From Mytilus californianus (Eukaryota): a stretch of DNA of 64,000 bases. The stretch's first letter is position 1; each line of letters starts with the position of its first letter. The stretch lies in the NCBI RefSeq assembly GCF_021869535.1, contig NW_026262701.1, positions 21,514,001-21,578,000 on the forward strand, given 5' to 3'. The notes under the pieces are model-generated. The model was not told where the DNA came from. It saw nothing but the letters and a program-made list of their open reading frames with translations, and did not search any database. Made by a program: the position numbers and the translations under genes. Below are positions 40,872-52,969 of the stretch, piece after piece.

Positions 40872-41251
40872 TTATAATCCTGGTACCTTTGATAACTACT
40901 TACACCACTGGGTCGATGCCGCTGCTGGTGGACGTTTCGTCCCCGAGGGTATCACCAGCCCAGTAATCAGCACTTCGGTGTTGACATGTATATCAATTAT
41001 ATGGTAATTTTTATAAATTTCCTGTTACAAAACTTTGAATTTTTCGGAAAACTAAGGATTTTCTTATCCCTGAATAGATTACCTTAGCCGTATTTGGCAC
41101 AACTTTTTGGAATTTTGGGTCCTCAATGCTCTTCAACTTTGTACTTATGTTGCTTTATAACTATTTTGATCTGAGCGTCACTGATGAGTCTTATGTAGAC
41201 GAAACGCGCATCTGGAGTATTAAATTATAATCCTGGTACCTTTGATAACTA
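40872..41251 (+). mobile_element. Non-LTR retrozyme-like monomer (period 353 bp) with degenerate hammerhead
   Basis: The 27-nt direct repeat TTATAATCCTGGTACCTTTGATAACTA occurs at 40872-40898 and 41225-41251. Hammerhead GCGTCA-CTGATGA-GTC(TTATGTA)GAC-GAAA-CGCGCATC at about 41175-41218 has stem mismatches. A decayed relative lies at about 21800-22175. Confidence 0.75.
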
Positions 41252-42689
41252 TTAAATCTGTGAAAAAATTGTGTATTTACAATAAGTAGTTTTTGAGTAA
41301 TAAAATTTTCAAATTTTATAACCAATCAAGTCAGTCTCATTAGCTAAATTGTTGAGAAAATGGGTGAAGGGTACAAGAAATGCTTTTATCAGAAACATGT
41401 ACATCCCATATCAATTTTTCTTTTCAAATTTCTTAGATATGTATTTGTTTAATCATTTATAGCAAAGAAGTTGAAATAATGTGCTTTTTGTTCTAAAAAA
41501 AAGAAGAAGAAAAATCACAAATTGACAAAATTGACAGCATGGTAAATTTGACACGAAAAAGCAACAAAATTCTATAAAACTTTCTTATATTAACACCTAT
41601 CTGTAGTTTTTTTAAGTAAAATCTATTCAGATTGGTCCTCTTCATGTTAAGTGAAATTATGAAAAAAACTTTAATTGTGAAACTGATTTTTTTCATGATA
41701 ATAGCCCAAAAATGGGTTAAAATTTTCCATTTGTATAGCGTGAAAATTTTAGACATGAAAATAATATTTTTATAATTTTATGCGTGCAAAGACCTTACGT
41801 GATTTGCCTTCATCATGAACCCTCAAAACCAAAAGTTAATGCTAAGAATATATAAGTACTAAGGTCCAGATGCGCATGTTTTATACATATTATTGTGATT
41901 TATATCGATTCGCAGATTGTCTATCAAAGGGTTTACAATCTATAAAATTGTGTCCATGACTAAATTTAGCATCCTATTGGTCGTATTTTCGGATAAAATA
42001 TCTTCAACCTCCTTTGGCAAATATATATCTAAAACAAAACACATTGTATGCAACTAATTACTTGTTACCTTGAAGTTTGGATCTAAGTGTTTTTGAATAA
42101 TACAGTTTTTAATCAAAATATGAGTTTTGATTATACCTTTGGTATTTCGTCCTTTTTTTAGTAAAAATAGCTATTTCTATGACGGAGTTCATCATATTTT
42201 TTCCATAGTTTTCACTATTTAAGAGGATTTAAAATACTTTTCATGAAACAAATATAAACTTATAACAATGAACAATTTTATGGTTTGACAAGGAAAACAT
42301 ATAATGGGTCTATATCCATTTCGGTTGATTAGACCAATACAACTAAAATGAAATACGATTTCTTTATTTTCATTTTTATAGTTTTATTTTTCCATTCCTC
42401 TTTTTATTCAAAAGACTTAGAGCCATAAGTGTGTTTGATACAAATTACTACAATGCAATATGCGTTGAAAGTTGAAAGAAAACATCTGAAATAGAAACTT
42501 TATGAATTTGATTACAGTTAATACAAGTATATTAAAAAACATCATTATTACTTTTTTACTAGTTATAAGTTCGTCAACTAATGATTGAAGATGGGCTAAT
42601 TTAACAAAAATTTCTATCACAGAAGGACATTTTCAGAAGTAATTCAATTCAAAATTTTGTCCGCAGTGAAAGAGGAATTACACAAATAA

Positions 42690-43500
42690 TGTGCCACTGC
42701 TTACTTACGTAGTTGCTTTAACCATATGTGGATTCTTTAAAAGACATCAAAAGAACTTCTAGAAAATGAAAAAATCACGGTCATTTTTTTAAAATAAATT
42801 CAATCAAAACATTCGATTTTCTCACGCTTTACACAACCTTACAACCTATGTATCATACATTACAAATTTATTGTTTTGGGATATAAATCGACATATTAGT
42901 TAAAAATGAGCACGAAAATAAATATGCACCAAAGAACAAGTGATCAGTATGCTCGGGTTTCTCATTGATAACATATTTGTTGAATGCCGAGGTAGAATAT
43001 TCCAGCAGGTTATCGGCATTCCAATTGAAACCAACTTTGCACCTCTCCTGACCGAGCTTTTCTGATTTTCATATGAATCGGAGTTCAATCAGAAACTTTT
43101 GAAAAACACGAAGATCAAACATATCAAAGAATTTAGATTTTTTAATTTCACATACAGGTATATTGATGATGTTCTTTCCATTAACAATCCAAACATTTCT
43201 GATTGGGTCCCATTAATATATCCTCCTGAACTAGAGTTTAAAGAAACTAGAGATACAGCTTCCTCCGCATCATTTCTAGACATTTACCTCGAATATGACA
43301 ACAGCTGTCATCTCAGTACCAGAATCTATGACAAACGAGACGATTTCAATTTTGGAATTATAAATTTTTCTCACCTTAGCAGCAATTTTCCAACGTCACT
43401 CTCGTATGGAGTGTACATGTTCCAACTCATACTATATTCAACAGCTTGCAGCTGCTACTCAGACTTTGTAAAACGTCACAAGCGTCCTGAGGTGCAATTC
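42690..43500 (+). mobile_element. Penelope-like RT fragment
   Basis: ORF 43099..43629 contains FTYRYIDDVLSINNP...IYDKRDDFNF...YGVY. The preceding frame encodes GIPIETN. Confidence 0.88.
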
Positions 43501-44724
43501 GGACATATATGGGTTTTACAGTGTTGTTTCTGTTTTGTTTACCCTTGCATTTCTATTAACTTAATTTTTACTTTATCGAGAGAGTGTTGGAGTTCAGTAT
43601 TTTTGTTATACTTTTTTTCGAAGGCTTAATAATTGTACCTTCAAAGCTTTAAGAACATATCATTATGGCGTATTTCTGAACATGTAACAAATGTTACAGA
43701 CCTAAATATTTCTCTTTTTTCTATGGTAGATTGTTTCTTCTCGTAACTGTTGCAAACTGAATAATGGAGAACAAGTTTAGCCAAAGTATATTTATATTCG
43801 AAGTTAAGCTATCCTTGTTTTCATTAACAAATGAATTTTTAGTTTGTTTAGATGGTTCTTGGATGCAACTTTTCACAGCATGAACAAATAAAATTTGCAA
43901 TTTTGTATCAAAACTGTCTTCGCACATTTTAGCATAGAGGATGGAAATGGGGAATGTGTCGAAGAGACAACAACCCTCCCGAAGATAAGAAAATTATAGA
44001 GATTATGAGGCAAAGAGTGGTGCATAGGGTAGTTAAATCAAAATTTTTAACAGATTGGAAAGCACCAATATGTGCATGCAATTTATCACGTACTTCCAAC
44101 GAATTTTTGACACTCCAAAAGTAATTAATTCCACTATTTTTGTAGACCTCATTTGCAAATTTTATTACCGTGTTTTTGATTATATCAAGTGAACTAGTAA
44201 GTAGAAAAAACAGTAAGTATAATTGTCATTTTTCTCTATGGATAATTGCCTCATTGCCAATAATAATACATCTCCTTGATTCTTATTTTCAACATCAATG
44301 TAAAGCGCTGAATCCATTTTCATTTTATGGTTATGTGTATAATTAGTATAATCCGTGATTGCAATAGATTTTGAAGAACTCCTTTTTTGTTGGTGTGTAT
44401 CGTAAAACTTGAAGATCCACAAAACAGAAAGTTAAACAAAGCAGTGTCAAATCCTTTAAGTGAAGCCAGGACCCGCATTTCTATAAAAACTTATAAAACA
44501 TATTTGGATTATAGTTGTGTACGGAAGACTCTCGTTTCGTCTACATTAGAGTCCCTTGTGAAGCTCGAATCGAAACAGTTGTAAGTTCAATACGAAGGTG
44601 ACGAGCATTAAAACTTACAGTCAAAAAGGTTGGCCAAATAAATCTAAGGTAATGTACACCTTGGGGTTGGAAGTACGTTAGTGTTTCGAATATTTCATCA
44701 TTTTATAAACAGTAAATGCACAGT

Positions 44725-46131
44725 AAACAAGAGACTCTCAAGAGCCTGAATCGCTCACCTGTATTTCAGAGGAGAAGATTTTTAAATGTTAGCAAACTTG
44801 ATGAAAAAATTGTGTAAAATTGTCTTTAAAGGGCAATAACTCCTTAAGGAGTCAATTGACAATTTTGGTCATATAAAACGTTTTTGTAGATCTTACTTTG
44901 CTGAACATTATTGCTGCTTACAGTTTAAATATATCTATAATAATATTCAAAATAATAACAAAAAACTGCAAAATTTTGTAAAAACTACCAATTCGGTGGC
45001 AGCAACCCAACAATGGGTTGTTCGATGCGTCTGATAATCTTAGATCTTGACCAATTAAACAATTTTACCCCATGTCACATTTGCTCTAAAAGATTTAGTT
45101 TTTAAGATATAAGCCAAAAACTGCATTTGACCCTTATGTTCTATTTTTAGCCATGGCAGCCATGTTTGTCGATGGATACAAACTTCGGATACAATTTATA
45201 AACAAGATACCCCAAGGAACTTTTAGTTAAAGTTTGAAGGTAACTGGCCCAGTTTTTTCAGAGGAGAAGATTTTTAAATAATAGCAAACTTGATGAACAA
45301 ATTGTGTAAAATTGTCTTTAAAGGGCAATAACTCCTTAAGGGGTCAATTGACAATTATGGTCATATTAACTTTTTTGTAGATCTTACTTTGCTGAACATT
45401 ATTGCTGCTTACAGTTTATATATATCTATAATAATATTCAAAATAATAACAAAAAACTGCAAAATTTTGTTAAAACTACCAATTTGGTGGCAGCAACCCA
45501 ACAATGGGTTGTTCGATTCGTCTGAAAATTTCAGAGCTGATAGATCTTGACCAATTGAACAATTTTACCCAGTCAGATTTGATCTAAAAGCTTTTTTAGT
45601 AAGCAAAAAACTGCATTTGACCCCTATGTTCTATTTTTAGCCATGGCGGCCATAATAACAAAAAACTGCAAAATTTTGTTAAAACTACCAATTTGGTGGC
45701 AGCAACCCAACAATGGGTTGTTCGATTCGTCTGAAAATTTCAGAGCTGATAGATCTTGACCAATTGAACAATTTTACCCAGTCAGATTTGATCTAAAAGC
45801 TTTTTTAGTAAGCAAAAAACTGCATTTGACCCCTATGTTCTATTTTTAGCCATGGCGGCCATGTTTGTTGATAGATCAAAACTTCGGATACAATTTATAA
45901 ACTATATACCCTAAGGAACAATTAGTTTAAGTTTGAATGTATTTGGCCTAGTAGTTTCAGAGGAGAAGATTTTTGAAATAGTTTACGACGATAGACGACA
46001 AAAGACGACGACGACGACAGACGACGACGACAGACGACGACAGACGACGACGACAGACGACGGACAACGACGGACGCCAAGTGATGGCATAAGCTCACAT
46101 GGGGCCCTTCGGGCCCCGGTGAGCTAAAAAA
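44725..46131. mobile_element. Helentron/DINE-1-like non-autonomous element with internal tandem repeats
   Basis: Subterminal GCTCACC (44753-44759) and GGTGAGC (46118-46124), GC hairpin GGGGCCC-TTC-GGGCCCC (46101-46117), a (GAC)n-like microsatellite at about 45985-46075, satellite-like internal units and an exact 209-bp duplication at 45443-45862. Confidence 0.72.
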
Positions 46132-46949
46132 CGGACACATTAATGATATTTCACTTCAACACAAAAGTGCCTACTACTTGGCTTGTGATTTCCTCGGAGA
46201 CGTAGTGGCATCGACACAGTGGTTGTAAAAACTTATCAAAGATGCAAGGTTTATATCTTTGTACGATAGACGCGCGTTTTGTGTACATCAGTCTCATCAG
46301 TGACGCTCGAATCAAAACATTTTGCGTCTAAAGGAATGTTTTATTGAAGAAGAAAAACAGCATTAGTTGACTCCTTATCAAATTGTTTTTCTTAATTTCA
46401 TTTCATTTCAATTTATTGCATATCAACTTTTTTTATATTTTTTTTATTTTTGAATTAGTTTTTGTATAACTGAACACTTATTCACATAATTGAAAATGCC
46501 CTGTACCAAGTCAGGAATATGGCAGTTGTTATCAAATAGTTCGTTTCTATGCATGTTGGCGTATGTTTTTGTTGCACTTCAGTGTTCCTGTTGTTCCTTT
46601 GTTTTCCTCTTATAATTGATGTGTTTCCCTCGGTTTTAATTTGTAACCCGGATTTTTTCTCTCTCAATCGATTTATAACTTTTGAAAACCGGTATACTAC
46701 TGTTGCCTTTATATAACTGATCGGTTCATTTTCAATAATCGTATTTATCATGTTTATTATCATTACCTTTACTTAGAAAAAAAATTGTTTTGGCTGAGGG
46801 AAAGAGCGGGGGGAGTTAATTTGGTTTTGCTGATATATCTTTATTTTAGATCAATGATGGTTACTCCAGTTTAAAAATGTTCTTTTTTGTGGTAACATTA
46901 GATTTTCTTTGTTCAAAATTTTTATTTAGACACAAAGTTTTATCAAAGC

Positions 46950-47850
46950 AGAAATCATTAAATTGCATACACCACCTCTTGATCGGAAACTTATTAACAG
47001 TAATTGAGACTGTGAATTCATATTCGGACAGTATATTCCAGTGGGAGGTAGCTTTTTTCCGTGCAAGTTGTTGAAAGCTTGTAATATGTTCTCTTTGACG
47101 GTCAAAAAAATTATGAGGGCGTCTGTAAAGTTTCTAAAGACAAAACTTGACCCATTAGAACGCTTGGTTCAATAGTTTCCTAGTAAGCAGCAACACATTA
47201 TCAAGGAAATCAGGGTTAGAAACGTAATATCTGCAAGATCATATACACTTGGAGATATATACTACATATAAAGGCGCTACTGGAATGTTGATACATAAAA
47301 ATGAAAGTTAACAATAAGAAAGCTTAACTCATCTCTTTTGTCGTAATGTTTAGTTTTAACCTATCCTCATTGTCAATTGCTTAATGTAGGTTACGATATG
47401 ATGTAGGTTACGATATGATGTAGGTTATGATATGAGGCCGATTTATATATAACAGTGGACTACTTTATATCAATTTCGATGGGATAGATCCGTTCAACAA
47501 AGTCATCAAATTAATAAGCTACAGATTGCAAGAAAGAGTACCAAGACTACAAAGAGAAGCGTCATACTTGCTATTAATATGAACAGTACCTGTATTGCAC
47601 CGATTTTTATGCACAGATGGTAACTAAAATCAAAAGTTACACAAATTCAAGCGGATTATCATTTAAAACATGTAAGTGTTGCTTGACTCTGCATGGTTTT
47701 ATGGTATAAATATTATAACATAATGTTTACATCATTATTATATTGTTATTTATATTTAAAAATCATGTACTTCCATTTTTTGATTATTCTACAATTAAAT
47801 TGTTCACAACACTTGCTGACATGGTCTTTTTCTTATTGCCTATCATCTTT
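46950..47850 (-). pseudogene. mfp-5-like promoter, exon 1 and intron 1 relic
   Basis: 47565-47506 reads MTLLFVVLVLFLAICSLLI* (frameshifted, donor lost). The flanks share blocks with mfp-5 63100-63750, e.g. ACAGATGGTAA, GGATTAT.AT.TAAAACATG and GTTGAAA.C.TG.AATATGTTCT. Confidence 0.65.
47384..47434. repeat. 17-nt tandem repeat x3
   Basis: ATGTAGGTTA(C/T)GATATG three times. Confidence 0.92.
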
Positions 47851-47949
47851 AAAACTATAACAGATAAAGAAAAGTTAAAAGGCAAAACATAACCACAAGA
47901 CATTGTCTACAGATAATCTGCCATGATCGAAATCGTCCGTAGACTCCTT

Positions 47950-48500
47950 ATTGGAGTTATTGTCCAGCGCCTGCATACGGAGTATATATCTCCCAATTGA
48001 TACGATATTCCCGGGCTTGTATTTCCTATCATGATTTCCTTGATAGAGGATTGCTGCTCACAAGGAAGCTATTAAACTAAGAGTTCCAAATGGTGAAGTT
48101 GAAATCATCCCTTCGTAAATTTTACGGACGCCATCACGAGTTGGTTGACCGTTATGGAATAACCGTTTCACAGATGATATCGGATATGTTCCTTATGTCG
48201 TAACTACAATACCCTTCCCTTTTCATTAATGTGACCTACCGAATTAGACTATTAACCGGATTTGTAATAACATAAGCAACACGACGGGTGCCACATGTGG
48301 AGCAGGATCTGCCTACCCTTCCGGAGCACCTGAGATCATCCCCAGTTTTTGGTGGGGTTCTTTTTGCTTAGTCTTTAGTTTTCTATGTATGTCATCTATA
48401 CTATTATTTTTCTATTTGTCTTTTTATTTTTGGCCAAGGCGTTGTCAGTTTGTTTTCGATCTACGAGTTTGACTGTCCCTCTGGTAACTTTCGTCCCTCT
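47950..48500 (+). mobile_element. 5'-truncated Penelope-like element 3' end
   Basis: GAGTATATATCTCCCAATTGATACGATATTCC...TTTACGGACGCCATCACGAGTTGG followed by the same 3' tail as the 52970-55660 copy. Confidence 0.85.
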
Positions 48501-48659
48501 TTTGCAAAAGTGCATGTAAGTTGTTCAAAACCAGCAATGACAGAGTTCCTGGAAATTAACATATGGTGAATTAAAATAATTTTTAAGCCATCACTCCAAT
48601 ATTTATCAAGATAAGAGGTATAAAAAGGGTATCCCCGTATCTTAATGGTTACGGCAAAG

Positions 48660-49367
48660 AAATTGAAAGCAAGGTATGATAGGAACTGGTCCAAACTATG
48701 ATGAAATGATAAACTTTGTGTCAGTTAATTTCCGAAATTGCTAAACGTTTGGGGAAAAAAAATAAACACAACAAAACAATAACATTTTGACAGACTTTGT
48801 ATCATGTTGTCACTTTGATATTGCCCTGAATGGATATATTTTAATCAATATGGGAAAGATCAATGAAAACGTACAAATAGATATAATATTGTAAAAGGCC
48901 ATGGTTTCAACAAATTCGTTTTTCCACTTACCAAATTCTGTAAAAAAACATCTAAGATATGCTGATTTTAAATATCTGAACGGGTAAGGTAGCAAAGTGT
49001 GGCTTTGCAATTATATTGCCTTTGTTTAAAATACAACATTTGTGTTGTCACTTATTACAACACCAATATAATGATTTTCCTTTCTTTTAATGAATCATAA
49101 AGATAAAATATTCCAGATTTTTGGTAGTTTTAAATTTTATTTTCATTCTTGCATCTAAAATGACAAGAATTACGGATTATGTAATATATTTACATTTTTA
49201 ATCTCAATAGGAACATGTGTTTCATTGTTTTTTCATCTTGATTTGCAGTGGGTTGATTGCGAAATGTATATAAAGCGCAGACAATATTCAGCCATAATAG
49301 AAGTATTTCTCAGTAATTGGTTTATTCCTTCTAACAGTTTGATTTAGAAGCAACGAATAAATTCATT
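48660..49367 (+). pseudogene. mfp-3 remnant F: B-type promoter and dead start codon
   Basis: Inverted homolog of about 10200-10900. TATATAAA at 49267-49274. TTTAGAAGCA ACG AAT AAA TTC A (ACG at 49353-49355) corresponds to B TTTAGAAGCA ATG AAC AAA TTC A. The sequence is then cut by repeat DNA from about 49370. Confidence 0.75.
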
Positions 49368-49429
49368 TAAAACAGTTGTTATTCATTCGTTTGATGTGTT
49401 TGAGCTTTTGATTTTGGCATTCGATTAGG

Positions 49430-49960
49430 ACTTGTATCTAGAAATTGACTATGAGGGTCGGTTGAAAACAAAACTTTACGACAAAAGAGATGATTTTAGC
49501 TGCCCAATTGTGACCTTTTCATTTTTAAACCAAGAGTTTCAAATGGTGCAGTTGAAATCATAACTTTGTACATTTTACGGACGCCATCACGAGTTGGTTG
49601 ACCGTTATATATGGAATATCCGTTTCACAGATGATATCGGATATGTTCCTTATGTCGTAACTACAATCCCGTTCCCTTTTCACGAATGTGACCTACCGAA
49701 TTAGACTATTTACCGACTTTGTGATAACATGAGCAACACGACGGGTGCCACATGTGGAGCAGGATCTGCTTACCCTTCCGGAGCACTTGAGATCACCCCC
49801 AGTTTTTGGTGGGGTTCGTGTTGCTTAGTCTTTGGTTTTCTATGTTTTGTCATCTGTACTATTATTTGTCTGTTTGTCTTTTTATTTTTGGCCATGGCGT
49901 TGTCAGTTTGTTTTTGATCTATGAGTTTGACTGTCCCTCTGGTATCTTTCGTCCCTCTTT
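49430..49960 (+). mobile_element. 5'-truncated Penelope-like element 3' end (internally deleted)
   Basis: AAACTTTACGACAAAAGAGATGATTT RT segment plus the shared 3' tail. Track ORFs 49729-50000 are shadows of this tail. Confidence 0.82.
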
Positions 49961-50849
49961 CAGTCTCACAGTTTTGTTGGCACAAAAGTTTTCAATTTAA
50001 AATAGACAACAAAAATAGTCAAAATATTTGAAAATGCATCCATTCAACATAAGATGTTATTTCATTTTGTATTTTTTTTAATACCTTTATCTTTCATGAA
50101 CATTGAAAAAAAATTGAAATTGCACCCCTGGTTAACTAAAAAAACAGCTCTTAGTTAATCTTACTTCTCCGAATTTTAGTTTGTCATTCAATTATACACG
50201 ATCACCATTTTTATCAAACATAAGATCAATGCGTTTGATATAGCGCTTTTTGTCCGCAATTTGTTTTTTGTGCGACGTTGCGTTTGGCTGACGTTGATGT
50301 TTGTGTGACGTTGCATTTTGTCCGACACTGCTTTTTGTTAAATTTTATTATCTTTTTAGCCCGAAATTATTGCTTTTTTCTGTTACTTTATATCCTACTT
50401 GATATATGACCGAAATTTATTCTTTTTGTCCGAAACTGTTCTATATCAATGTGTGAGCAACCCAAACAGACATTATAGGTAAAAATGTCAAAAATTGGGG
50501 TACAGCAGTCAACATTTTATTATATCTTAATCTCTATAAAACAACCCAAATATATCAACAACGAAAACCAAATGGCATGTAAATACTCTTTAGACAAAGC
50601 ACATAAACAAAAATGAAACACAAGAATACAAATAATGACCATAGTTCAATAACACAATGGCGGGATATATGAATACCTAGCAACGCCAAAAGGATATTAC
50701 CAAACATGGACTAAATAGTAAAGGTTAAAAATATACAAAGAGAAATAAATAGAACCCTTTAACACTTAATTGAGATGATTAACAACATCAGTACCTATAA
50801 TCCATACTTCAAGACCATCATATACTATATGTGAAGTTGATACAGAATA

Positions 50850-51350
50850 TTTATAAACAAGGTCTTGGTATCTTCCGATGAAATTTTTAGAAAAAGGACG
50901 AGATGTTCTTTGACATAACCCTGGTTCATCAACTTTCTGCTAAGACACTGGTGTTGTTTTATAAAGTCAAAGTAGCAGCTGCAAGCTCTTGAATACCAAA
51001 TGAGTTGGGAAATGCATATGCAGGTGAGGTTGGTATATTGCAACCAAGGTGGCGGAAATTTATAATTTCAATTAAAATCGTCTCGTTTGTCTTAGATTCT
51101 GGTACTGAGATGACCGCTTATGTCAAATTCGAGTTATAAGTCTAAAAATGAGACGAAGGTAGCCGTGTCTGTTGTTTCTTTAATTTCTAGATTTGGAGGA
51201 TATATTAATGGAACTGAAACAGAAAGGATTGTTAATGGAAAGAACATCATCAATATATCTGAATGTGAAATTAATTGATCTGGCTTCATTGATCTTCTTG
51301 TTTTTGACAAGTGTCTGAAGGAATTTCGACTCATATGAAAAAAAAGAGGT
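50850..51350 (-). mobile_element. Penelope-like RT fragment
   Basis: ORFs 50825-51043, 51134-51334 and 51180-51368 include FTFRYIDDVLSINNP, LEIKETTDTATF and SQLIWYSRAC. Confidence 0.85.
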
Positions 51351-51351
51351 T

Positions 51352-51900
51352 AACAAGGAGAGGCGCACAGTAAAACACCAGTTGTATAGACGTTGCGACC
51401 GTGATATGACCTCTCAATAAAAAAATACGATCGCAAAGAAATTGGAAAGATCTCTGCGACATCTTGATTGGTCCAGATAACAAGAAAACATTGCATTAAA
51501 CAATGGACAGCTGGAGAAATATCTTCCGTGGTTAAAAAAATGTCAACATGTGACACTAAAACTTCGAAAAATCTAAGTTTAGGTAAGCCCATCTTATTTA
51601 AATATCATGGAAGGTCGAAAGCAAGAGTGACCTTAGCCTTTGACTTATTAACCTCAAAATGTTCGTTACCATTTTCCGACCACAAAATGCGTTTTGGTAA
51701 CAGTGACCTTGATCTTTACCTTAATGATCACAATATCAATACTCTTCTTACATTTTCCATCTGTATAAGTTCCTTTTACATTAAGCAAGGGATACACAAG
51801 TTGTTTTACGGAAACTATTTGTTTCGGTCACATGACGGACTGACAATGCGATCATTTCATTCTCCTGAATGTTTCTCGTTATTGTTTTGTTATAAATCTA
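51352..51900. mobile_element. Probable second Helentron-like insertion interrupting a Penelope-like fragment
   Basis: Starts AACAAGGAG, contains GTGACCTT.G.C.TTTGAC satellite-like motifs and ends near GACGGACTGAC. The RT similarity stops at its left edge. Confidence 0.45.
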
Positions 51901-52969
51901 AATCTATTTGATAGGTAAAAAATTACAACATGGTTACTTCATGATATGTATTCCTTTGGTTTAAATAACCAAGAATGCGTTTATTTTACAACGGACATTT
52001 ACCTCCAGGAAACAGACTTTAAATAGATTTGATATGAGGAACAATATTTGTCTTTTTTCCTGATTTTCAATATTTCGGTTTCACAAATGAAACTGCATGC
52101 AAATATTTACCAGAAAGAGACAATATGTCGTTCCCTATTGTTAATTTTCAATTTTAAAACGATGTTTCTTTGGTCCCCTCTAATGGTGCTTTTATTTCTC
52201 TACTGGTTCGTAATGTCCGTGTCTGTAGTTACGTAACGATTTCAATAAACATACTCTATATATAACTAGTAAATTATCAAGTCAGGGATATTACTACCAC
52301 AAATGTAATTAAACCTTTACTTGCCATAATCAATGCTATTGTTTTCAGTAGTGGAGCAGGATCTGATTATGTTCCCCGAGCACCTTCAATCATTTCTGTG
52401 GTTTTGTGTTTCTCGGTCTTTAGTTTTCTGTGTAATGTTTCGTAGACTTTAATTTTGTTTATCCTTTAGTTCTTGTTGTATTTTTCTCTTCAGCTTGATG
52501 TGTGTTTTTTTTTTCATTGTTATTCTTTGATTTTTAGCCTTTGTTTTTACAAAAGAGACAAAACGTTTCCTTACATTACAATTAATATAAAAATGATTTT
52601 TTTTTTAAATTGAACGTTCTGAGGAGTAAATTTCAGATTTTATTTTCAAATTACTATGCTAAGAACAATTGAAATTTGAACTATGGTGGAAAGTTGTCTC
52701 AATAACACATACCACATCTACTTATTTTTATATTTTATACAGATACACAAGAAAAAAATATATAACATTCTATAAAAACACGGTGTCTTGCATAGATTAA
52801 AAAAAAACCAGTAATTAATCGAATTTCATCAGCTCATCTAAATGAAGACACAAATCAAGGTAAGAAACACAAAACCTGTAAACTGAGAAAATGAACAAAT
52901 TTTGATGAATTGCTTCATTTTTTCACAAAAAAAGTTTGTTGTGCAGATTTTTGTATGAAAAGCAGAGAA

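Noticed and set aside
45922-46140. Ser/Arg/Thr/Asp-rich ORFs 45922..46140- and 45933..46127+
   Set aside because: They are translations of the (GAC)n-like microsatellite inside the Helentron-like element.
47384-47434. 17-nt repeat resembling mfp-5 exon 2 (ATGTAGG...GATATGAT GTAGG)
   Set aside because: It is on the opposite strand to the mfp-5-like relic it sits in, lacks an acceptor, and is an expansion of an intronic motif present once at about 20930.
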